Part shown: positions 54,371 to 64,000 of the stretch, one piece after another
Numbering within the stretch: position 1 is the stretch's first letter
Layout: each line of letters opens with the position of its first letter
Origin: Phoronis australis
Lineage: Eukaryota; Animalia; Phoronida
DNA: 64,000 nt
Reading direction: 5' to 3'
NCBI GenBank assembly: GCA_002633005.1
Contig: NMRA01000149.1
Span: 502,192 to 566,191, forward strand
Notes under the pieces: generated by a model
Told to the model about the DNA's origin: nothing
Database searches by the model: none
Seen by the model: only the letters and a program-made list of their open reading frames with translations
Position numbers and translations under genes: made by a program

Positions 54371-56384
54371 TATCTGTTTGATCGCACACAGCCTAAGTGA
54401 CCTTAATTTATAACGAAATTGTAAAAACCACATTTCGTTGCCTGAATGTGTGGGAAAAGATAAAATCTGTCAACTATTTTTGCTGGTAACACAGCAAACA
54501 GTGGCTAATCTTCAAACTTGAGGTCATGTTTGATGAAGTTGTGTTTGGCAAGGTTTAAGCTGAAATCAACACTGGCAATCTGTGGTCCCATTTTGTTAGC
54601 TGGTTCTCGCCAAATCAGACAGTGTAACCGTAGGCACAGTTCTACTGGTTTGCCAGGTATAATGGAATTAAAAACCACATAAACTTCCATAATCGGTGAA
54701 ATCAATCTACCAAATTGTTTCAATAGCAACAGAGAATAAAACTGGTGACAACAGTACAAGGAGCTTAGATATAAATGTGCTCAACTATTAACGGCATGAA
54801 CAATTAATTGGGTGATCCCAATTATTTACGCAATAAAAAATTCATTGGGTGTGCTCAATTATTAATGGCATGAACAGTTCATTGGGAGATCTCAAAAAGA
54901 ACTACTTGTCAAAGTCTAAAAAATCATATCTTTGATGAATATAACAAGGCACTACCATTATCAAAACTCCCTGAAAAAGAGATGAGATCAAAGGCTGGCC
55001 CGGCCCATTTTTTATTTATAGAGAGCATACTTGGTGGTGAATCAAGGAAGACAAGATGATAAATATCCACCAAAGTATCCGTTATACAACAACATGATGA
55101 GAACGTTCGTTTCTACAAAAGGTGTGTATTTTGTTATAATTATAAAATTGACTTTAATTTAATCAATTTTCAAATGTATTATCACCATTTTGACTTCTAT
55201 TCTCAGAGAAGCCTTTCATAAACGATACCTCAGAATATTCGATTCGATGTTTGTCAGTACAAACTCAATGGATTCAATAATATTGTTATCACCCACAGTA
55301 CAACAAAGGTAACAACAACAGAGACTTGATATAACCAATAGTGCACCTGGGCAGACTTGTTGGAAGAAATGTTTAGCCAACCTGAAACAGACTTGGAAAA
55401 TATGTGTTACAAAATACGGAATACAGCAATAGACACGAGTCCTATGATATGCCGTAGAATAATGTCATGAAGAAATCAAAGTACACCAATACAGAAAATA
55501 AAGGAAAAACACAATAAAAATGTGTTCACTGTCACTTCAATACAAAAAGGATAAAAGCTACGCTTGAAGGTTGTTTGCTGCTGGAGTAAAACAGTACTGG
55601 CTCCTCAACCCACTCTCTACACAAAGTGATGGGGGTAACGTCTGGCATATTCCAACACAAAGGTCAACAGTTCCAATATATAAGACTGAGACATCTTATT
55701 GTGGCTTCAACATGCACTTCCTGCTGGTTTGACAGCAAACTGTTCTCAAAGACAATAAAAATCAACAACACAGCCAACAGATCAAGATTACTGTTCCGTG
55801 GAAACTTACCCGATAGACCGTGTATCAAAACCTGTCCGTCATTCTTCAAACCACAGATTCAACTGCTACTAGTTATTTTGATTCACAGGAAACAACAGTT
55901 TGTGAAAAAAAAAATTCTTGTCACTATCTTTGTAAAAGGTTTACATAAACAGTGTTTTTTTCTTCATATAACCCTTGAGTACACCCTCTTACAAAAGACA
56001 AGTTACTTTTGGAACATGAGTTAAGTACAGACTAGTTTACAGTCAGAGCGCATTTTCCACATGCAAGATAACCCACCGTCAAAAAGTGCCGCACTATGAA
56101 CTCATTAGATCGGATTAATATTTTGTCGACACAACTTGTGAATGCGAGAAACAGTGCAAAGCATTGTAACAGTATTTGGATTGCAAAAAATATTTTTCAA
56201 AATGTCCGACTCATAAATAAGTACTGAGGACATTTGTCCCATTTATTTTTACCAATTGATTTTGAATGAAACTCTGCCACTCTATTTTTGTCAGAAACTC
56301 ATAATTTGTAGACATATCACTACTATGTAAATCTGTCACTCAGACTGAAGCTGCCAACAAAGACACAAACAGTAGCAAAATGAT

Positions 56385-56673
56385 GAATATGAGAGGGGAG
56401 TATGTTCACTGCCTGTGATTTTTTGAATATGAGAGAGGGGAGTATGTTCACTGCCTGTGATTTTTTGAATATGAGAGAGGCGAGTATGTTCACTGCCCGT
56501 GATTTTTTGAATATGAGAGAGGGGAGTATGTTCAATGCCCGTGATTTTTTGAATATGAGTGAGGGGAGTATGTTCACTGCCTGTGATTTTTTGAATATGA
56601 GAGAGGGGAGTATGTTCACTGCCCGTGATTTTTTGAATATGAGAGTGGGGAGTATGTTCACTGCCCGTGATTT
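56385..56673. repeat. 42-bp minisatellite, ~7 copies
   Basis: Unit GAATATGAGAGAGGGGAGTATGTTCACTGCC(T/C)GTGATTTTTT. Confidence 0.95.
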
Positions 56674-56762
56674 TTGCGCCCTCTTTTTGAACAATTTATT
56701 TCAAAATACATCAAAAGCTTTTGGATGCCAAGGAATACTTGAGCTTTCAGCTGTAGTATGTA

Positions 56763-57747
56763 TCACGGGTCCCAAAAAAGTGAGCCACTTCTTGACACCT
56801 AATTTTTCAGCAACTAACCAACTGGCGAGAAAACTGGAGCTAAAAGCCCTTCAAAAGAATGTGGGCGACACGGAGAGATCAAAATGTTAGTAGGAAATAA
56901 AACTCATTGACTTGCATGACTGCTGTTCAGCCACTGACGTGAAAAGAATCATTTTCACTGATGAAAGACTTTACGCTAGAAATTCCTAAAAATCACCTAA
57001 ATGATCGTATTTATGGGAAACAAAAATAAGAAATTCAGCCTTCTCGACTCCATCATGAGACTTTCAGATTTTCCAAAAAAGTAATGGTTTCCACTGTATA
57101 TTCATTTTATTGACACTGATAGAGCCAAAGTTAACAGTCAACGCTACATGCAGTTATTGGAAAAAAATCTTCTCCCGGATTGCAGGCGACTTTATCCTGG
57201 AAACAATTACGTGTTTCAGCACAATGGGGCTCCTTCACACACAAGCAAGGTAACCCTGGCTCATCTGGAGGAGGCCACACCACAATTCATCAAAAAGGAT
57301 GAGTGGTCTCCACTCAATCCTGACTGCAATCCAATGGAGTTTGCCATGTGTGACTCTGAAGGAGAAAAGTTTACCGGGGATTGAGAGGCAAATTGACTGA
57401 GCAGGAGTTAAAAGACATGCTAATCAAGTCATGGGAGGAAATCTCGATGGAAGAAATGTGGAAAAGCATTTCTGGTTGGGAGAAATGGCTCCATTTAGTC
57501 GTGGAAGAAGATGGAGGCCACATTGAGCATAGACTAAACTAAGCAAGCTTCCCTTACATATTTTAGTTTTTGACATGATGTTTTTAACTTGACAGTACTC
57601 GCACACGTGGACACAGATCTCTTTGATATTTTGCACATTTGTTGATGATATCCTAAAGTTTATCTATCAGAAATTTGAAAAACTTCGGTTTCTCCATTGC
57701 TGAGAAATCACTTGTCAAAAAATGGCTCACTTTTTTGGGACACCTGA
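56763..57747 (+). mobile_element. Decayed, internally deleted Tc1/mariner-superfamily transposon (maT/DD37D-like)
   Basis: ~35-bp TIRs (TCACGGGTCCCAAAAAAGTGAGCCACTTCTTGACA versus the reverse complement of 57713-57747) are flanked by TA. Transposase remnants are IIFTDE (~56948), YVFQHNGAPSHT and EWSPLNPDCNPME, with 37 residues between the 2nd and 3rd catalytic positions. Frameshifts are present. Confidence 0.88.
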
Positions 57748-59635
57748 TATTTATGGTTTGATTACATCCATAAACACAACTAAACCAAACAGAGACAGAC
57801 CTCGGATGATTGCATTAAGCAATTTATAGGAAGGTCGAGAAAATAATCCAATCTAAAACTTAGACATCGCACTAACGCAATTCAATTTAGTTTAGTTTGC
57901 TTTCAAATCTGGTCTTCTCGCGCATTCTAACTTTTGAGTACATCATCAATTTAGTCCAGTGTAAATCATCGCATCGAGTTAAAAATTATAGACGTCGAGA
58001 AAAAACACCAGTACACCATTCTAAATCCTTAGACCAAAAGACTGTTACTTGACTTAACTGATGCTATAGATCACTACTACCCTTGCGTAACTTGTTGAAA
58101 TGGAAAAAACAAAGAGAATGCTTTACAGTTAGTTCCAAACCGAGACGAAAAACAGTTCTCAGTAACGATAAGACAATACTACTGATTTTATCCAGTTACA
58201 AAAAAATGACTATTAGAGAGAATCAGACCTGTGGCCATGTCAAAATCAGAAACAATGCATATAATGAAGAAAGCAAACTGAACTCGGCAGAAACAATTTG
58301 CTACCAAAGGAACTTGTTTTATTTAGAAGGCAAAACCACTGCACAATGTGGAAAAAATATTCCTTAAGTGAGGTGATCAAAGAACGATTGCAACCCTAGC
58401 TGCATAAAATGTTTAAATAAGACATGGCTGTCTTGTACCACGTGTGTATTCATAAGTCAAAATATGCCATTCAGCATGATCGAGCCTCTGATCAAAAAAT
58501 GATTAGCACCTACTACCAATTTAGAGAGTTTCTTCTTCAACTACTTTCACCAGTTTAGTACATAGAATGTCTTATCAATGTTGAAAATAACAGCCGTGTT
58601 TGTATTCACAACTTTACTATCACTTGTATAGTTCATAAGATTAAAAGTTCACCGTCACTCAGCTGTGGGAGCCATTTTCCTACAGAACAGTCACAAATTA
58701 AAAGGTAATCTCTGTGTATTTTCAAAAAAATGAAGCCCTATTAAAAGAGCATCATTTGCGAATATGTTTTGATTGCATATTGGTTAGCATTTAAATTTGT
58801 TTGGTTCAACTTTTAACGAAATGAAGCAAAGCATGTATTTTTAGCAATATCAAAATCCATAGAAACAAAAAATTATAAACACTGATGTTCATTACACAAA
58901 ACATGCATGTTTTTAGTACTCTGTTGTTTCTCCCATAATATAAAAAGTTGTTACTTCAATTAAACATATCTATCAAATTCAGACTTAACTTTAACCACTA
59001 TAGTTATAATTTTATGTCCAGAAGGTAATAAATTATCTTGTTTCAAGATGATAACTAAATAACTTTCGTAAATGGTGTATAAATGAAATATTTAGTATTC
59101 ACAATCTCCCAGCTTGTGCATTTCAATATGTGGTCAACTAGAACTGCACATGGTCCATGTACACACGTCAAATCCCTCTCCAAGAGCTTCGGTCTCGAGC
59201 GTAACAAGAACTCGACATAACATGCTGTAAGTTGCATTTGCAACCCGAATGAGGAAACACAAGCTGTGTCCAACATTCCAACACCGACAAGCCGAGTCGC
59301 ATCACCCGTAAACGACCCAACAGCATTTTTCTATTTTTGGTCACCAAGGTTCAATAATGTTAACCTTAACATCACTGCCAAGGTTCAACAATGCTAACCT
59401 GAACATCACTGCCAAGGTTCCTAGGAAAGCAAATGACTGCTAATGCTCAATGAACCAACACTAAGAGATCAACTTATAACTCCCGATAAAGCCATGACCT
59501 CCCATAACACCAGAGAGGGGTTGTTGGAGCCAGTATTCGCACATAAACAGATTTGTAACCACTTAAGTGTTTAAAACATGATCATCCATCATACGTGAAA
59601 ACACAACTCATCATCAAAACTATCCCCACTCATAC

Positions 59636-59769
59636 CTGAGTAAAAACCATTATTTATCAGCTATCAATCAATCAACGAGGTAGACCCTCACGGACATGTC
59701 CCCATAAAATAAATGTGGCATTAGTTGAATCAGCAAAACTCAGTCAAAGCAGAACTTGACAAAATGTCC
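59636..59769 (-). other. Candidate stop-containing cassette (poison or alternative C-terminus) exon of the DBHS gene
   Basis: Acceptor gtttttgatgctgtttttcag| and donor CAG|gtatga. The in-frame reading is GHFVKFCFD*. There is an alternative in-frame acceptor at 59802. Confidence 0.45.
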
Positions 59770-59903
59770 CTGAAAAACAGCATCAAAAACATCCCACCCC
59801 ACCTGTATGATTAAATGCCATTTTGTCTTTAAACAATCCAAACAAAACACAAGAGAATACTGCTGAAAGTGAAAGCACTTGTGTGTGAGGCAGACTACCT
59901 TAC

Positions 59904-59963
59904 CATTTGCTGGAAATTCATGCCGCCATTACCACCCATGTTGTCTGGATCATTCATTAAACC
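59904..59963 (-). CDS. NONO/SFPQ: DBHS protein penultimate coding exon
   Basis: Splice sites ttattccag|GGT...ATG|gtaagg. The 60-nt phase 0-0 exon encodes GLMNDPDNMGGNGGMNFQQM, with composition matching the flanking exons. Confidence 0.8.
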
Positions 59964-60096
59964 CTGGAATAAACACAAAACAATTCAGACCACAGCTTTA
60001 TGAACTAGGTCCCAAACAGCATCGCCTTTACAATAACTTAAATACTAACATATTTAACGGACTTTTTCCTTTACTACGGAAGCAATAAAGCTCAAT

Positions 60097-60150
60097 CAAG
60101 AGCTTGCCTTGGCCATAGGGAACAAGAGCTTGCCTTGGACATAGGGAACA
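60097..60150. repeat. 26-bp tandem duplication
   Basis: CAAGAGCTTGCCTTGG(C/A)CATAGGGAA x2. Confidence 0.9.
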
Positions 60151-60609
60151 TGCCAAAATTTACATAGAATGGTGCAAACAGTCCATATAAGGAATATATC
60201 TAAGGTCACGACAAAAAAGCACAGTCTGCACCCGGCTCACTTTGAAACCTGCCGCAATAATTTTAAGCCAAGGTGTAATTTTTTCAGAAATCCCACAGAC
60301 CTGCATCATGTACTGTGCTGGCTCACATCTATTGTAACAGTTGTTACCGTTGTTAGCCAGTTCAGGAACCAGCTATAGTGGAACTCACTGTGTATAGTCC
60401 TATAGGTAATGTTTGTTAGCTCTACCGGGTCTTTTCAGGACTATATTTATGGAGTTGTAACCTGTATCGTGTGATTTATGTCATTTGGCAGTTTATTTGG
60501 TGAATGTTGAGAGATGGTGGGCATATCATTCCAAGTTGTTGGGGGACAGTTTCATTGTTACAAATAGCAGCAGTAGCAGTAATAGTAATAGCGCTGTCAT
60601 AATACGCAC

Positions 60610-60744
60610 CTGCTGCTGCTGCTGCTGTCGAGCGCGGTTGTCAATGCCGAGTCCTGCAGGCGGGATTGGCGGTGGCTGCATGGGAGGGGGGCCCGCACGG
60701 CCGCCGCCATTGCCACCCTGCATCTCACGGATGGCTGCTGCTTG
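60610..60744 (-). CDS. NONO/SFPQ: DBHS protein internal exon, G/P/Q-rich low-complexity tail
   Basis: Splice sites ttgtag|CAA...CAG|gtgcgt. The 135-nt phase 0-0 exon encodes QAAAIREMQGGNGGGRAGPPPMQPPPIPPAGLGIDNRARQQQQQQ. Confidence 0.88.
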
Positions 60745-61143
60745 CTACAATAAGGAATACACTACTTCTTTGACAGCGGAATAAAAGTAGGCCATAAACT
60801 AACATAATGTTTCCCTCCCGCGCCCGACAAGAAAATTTGACAACTTTTTCTTAGTTGTAAAAGCGAAATGCTTTCGCAACAAAAATGATCACGCTCAACA
60901 ATGAAAAGCAAAGTAACAACTCCCCAATTCACACAACCGTCTCAGAGGACTGCGGGTCAGATGAGGGGAGACGAGAGACATTTTTAAGTATTGCCGAGTG
61001 AAACAGGAATGAAGTCTTCCTCTCAAAAAGATGGGAGAATGGACATAAAGGCAAAATAGGTCGACACTATTCGGTAAAACCTCTCCACTCTAGGACACTA
61101 TATGGCAGACAAGTGAAGTTTAATTTCCTCATAACTTCCATAA

Positions 61144-61965
61144 GGGCTGTTCCAGTAAAATCCATGTGGGAGGGGGGGGGACGGCAGTAGAAATAAAAAT
61201 TCATGGGTGGTGGTCTTCAGAAAAAAACTCAAATTATGGGTGGTCGTTCCTGTAAGAAGTGATGCCTAAAAAATGGGTGGTATTTTTTGACCTGTTAATG
61301 TTGACAGGTTGTTTACTTCAGCCGTCAAATCCCAAAAAAATGCAATTGGCATATATCCTAACTTGTCCCAATACAAAAAAGCCCATATTGCCAGTGAACA
61401 GAGTGCAATATGTTCACTAAGCCATTACTCAAGCCATGGGCAACTTGATTTGAGCCAACTAAATGTCTGCAGTCCTATTGAATTGAAAAGTTATGCAACA
61501 CTAAACTGGTGTTAACACATATAGGAAAATTGATGATTTTTAAATAAAAAGTATGAGGAGTAAGATAAACAAGTTCCAATACTCACTTGACATAGAAGTA
61601 TAAAAGAGTTCGTGGAGACAGTTTGAGATTCATAGATTCTTATAATTGAAAAAATGTTCATTGAAATTATAGACACATGGTGAACAGAGACACCTGGTGT
61701 CTGCCAAAAGTATTGCTCACAGGCTGCTTTAGTTTTTGACAATATTATACAAGACAACTAGTTCTTGTCTGTCAATCATCTAAGTTCTTAACAGGTCCTC
61801 CTGCAGGCAATTTGTCTGCAAGTGTTGGATTTTATATTTTAACCTATTAAAAATAATTAAAAAATTATGGGTCATGGGTTGGAGAAATAAATGAAAAATA
61901 TGGGCGGTGGGTACGAAATAAAAGTGCCATCCCCCCCTCCCATACAGATTTTGCTGGAACAGCCC
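61144..61965. mobile_element. PIF/Harbinger-type MITE
   Basis: ~40-bp TIRs GGGCTGTTCCAG(T/C)AAAATC...GGGAGGGGGGG with a TAA duplication on both sides (61141-61143 and 61966-61968). Confidence 0.85.
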
Positions 61966-62204
61966 TAAAGGATATGCAGCTTCAAAGGAATGCTTTTCTA
62001 TGTTCCAAGTTCTGCAGCATACTGACTACTTAACAATATTTTGAAATATTATTACCATTGAAAACTGAAGACAATGCAGTTCTGGTAATTGTTATCGTCA
62101 GCAATTGGGGATTTTATCGTAACCAATTAATCTGTGATCTGTTGATGTCAAATCACTTCTCCACTTCATTACATGGTCAATAAGCTCACACAAAGACATA
62201 TGTG

Positions 62205-62503
62205 TGACCACTGCACATTGGGCTAGGATACATAATGACATAATGTATGACCACTACACATTGGGCTAGGATACATAATGCCATAATGTATGACCACTAC
62301 ACATTGGGCTAGGATACATAATGCCATAATGTATGACCACTACACATTGGGCTAGGATACATAATGCCATAATGTATGACCACTACACATTGGGCTAGGA
62401 TACATAATGCCATAATGTACGACCACTACACTTTGGGCTAGGATACACAATGCCATAATGTATGACCACTACACTTTGTGCTAGGATACATAATGCCATA
62501 ATG
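62205..62503. repeat. 43-bp minisatellite, ~7 copies
   Basis: Unit CATAATGTATGACCACTACACATTGGGCTAGGATACATAATGC. Confidence 0.95.
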
Positions 62504-62509
62504 TCTTAC

Positions 62510-62612
62510 CTGCATGAGCAGGTGCTCATCACGACTACGCATACCACCCTGTCTCATCATCATCTGACGACGCTCCTGGTCTTGACGTTCGCGTTCTTCA
62601 TCTTGTCTTTGT
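62510..62612 (-). CDS. NONO/SFPQ: DBHS protein (NONO/SFPQ/PSPC1/hrp65-like) internal exon, end of coiled coil
   Basis: Splice sites tttcatag|...CAG|gtaaga. The 103-nt exon starts in phase 2 and encodes QRQDEERERQDQERRQMMMRQGGMRSRDEHLLMQ, resembling the charged coiled-coil end of NONO/SFPQ (QEEERRRREEEM). It joins in frame to the next exon. Confidence 0.85.
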
Positions 62613-64000
62613 CTATGAAAATAATAACCATTACTAGAACACCATTTAACAGTAAAACCACGTAGAAAACAAATTCCTTAACATGTTTACACTATTCTTT
62701 TGCCAACAGCCTTATCCCAAACTTTTAGAAATATCTCAGCAGCATACCTCAAAATGACACATAAGTCCAAAAATGTAATGTTTCCAGCCGGTCACCTACG
62801 TCAATCACTAAATTGGCCAATAAATATACAATATCGACATTTTATTACGCCATAATTATTATGCTTACTCAATTCTTTCTTTTAACCATCACAGATTTCC
62901 TGAATTGAGCAGTCGATTTCATAACTAAACAATCTGCTTCAAATAGGTGTTAACAAATACTTGAAAACCGATAACTAACACTTTGGCGTTAATCAATGTC
63001 ATATTTACAATATATACAAACACACACGTTTTGTTTCAACACAAAACACCACCGGTAGGAGAATAATGCAAGCAACAATTATCGTTCTCCCTTAATTTTG
63101 ACTCCAATACTTTCAGAAAGTGATTGCATGCATTGGTCACTTTACTGGTCTGTTTCGTTTAATGTCAAATGCTTGTTATATATTTTCTGCTTTTACTTTG
63201 GCTGAAATCTAGAACTATCAGAGAAACGTTTGTATCCTGGACAGAAGTGACTTTAATTGATTACAGGCTTGTAAATTTTATCAGTAATATGCAGGACATC
63301 GGCCCTAAGAGAACAGACAAGGCGGAAATAGCAATATTCAAAGAGGCCTGGAACGCGATAAACATCTATAAGTTGCAATATTGAAAGTGGCTCTCTGCCA
63401 TTGAAACAGAATTCAACCTGCTCACCAGGTAGTTTTAAGATTTGTCTGTAATTTTTTTTAATTTCTGTTGATATCAAAGCATTTTCTTTTAGTTTCAAAT
63501 TTCAAAAAAAAACGATCTGTCAACTGCTCACAAGGCAAAGCACGTCTCCATATTTGGTAAGGCAAGACTTAGACGGAAAATGTGACCTTTGACTTCAAGC
63601 AAATCCAAGCAACTGACTGTGAGCGCATGCGCACACTTATCATAAGTGGGAGGCAGATTAGAAACTCTGTGGTAACCACAGATTTTCCTTAACGCGTACT
63701 TCACAACTTGTGAATGATGAGACTTTTTCTGGAAATTTCCACAAAGGGTATAGTGAATTACTATGTACCAGAAGATGGCCCTTTCATAAAGAATTGTTTA
63801 AAGGCTATTTTTGACGAGCTTTTCGTGTCCCATGCCCCTTTAAAGGACTACGTATCCTTTTAAATTCAATGTCCTACAGCCTGACAGTCCAGTTTTCCAT
63901 TCACTATAGTGGTGTTCTCCAAAAAAGAAATTTCGATTGCAATTACAAAAGTCATGCAAGAGTTTGAAAGTCCATGTCCATACTCTGTGGAGTTTGCTTG

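Noticed and set aside
56323-56890. 123-aa and 162-aa repetitive ORFs, or a CRISPR-like array
   Set aside because: They are products of a 42-bp (14-codon) head-to-tail minisatellite with no unique spacers.
52230-59513. Direct 12-mer CCATAACACCAG at ~52230 and ~59502
   Set aside because: A 12-mer match is expected by chance in a region this size, and I found no convincing shared complementary partner.
59540-59616. Intronic C/D snoRNA (ATGATGA on the minus strand)
   Set aside because: There is no appropriately placed CTGA D box or terminal stem.

Overview
This is AT-rich animal genomic DNA, probably a marine invertebrate (ambulacrarian-like is my inference only). Two real genes are recognisable, both on the minus strand. 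The first is an intronless class III POU gene (Brn1/2/4) at 11923-13209, set in a CpG-rich, gene-poor region with candidate cis-regulatory elements. The second is the last four coding exons of a DBHS-family RNA-binding gene (NONO/SFPQ/PSPC1/hrp65 orthologue) at 51578-62612, whose RRM exons lie beyond the right edge. The rest is non-coding: MITEs, a maT-like Tc1/mariner relic, a tRNA-SINE, minisatellites and two decayed ORF-like stretches. The most interesting signal is the 3' architecture of the DBHS gene. The NLS-encoding last exon has a ~215-nt AG-free zone with a distant branch point. The last intron also holds a candidate stop-containing cassette exon and a ~3.9-kb-range complementary element pair. 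A further ~14 kb of CpG-depleted sequence with splice signals lies beyond the first poly(A) signal. Together these suggest a regulated switch of the C-terminus; this is inferred by eye and untested.
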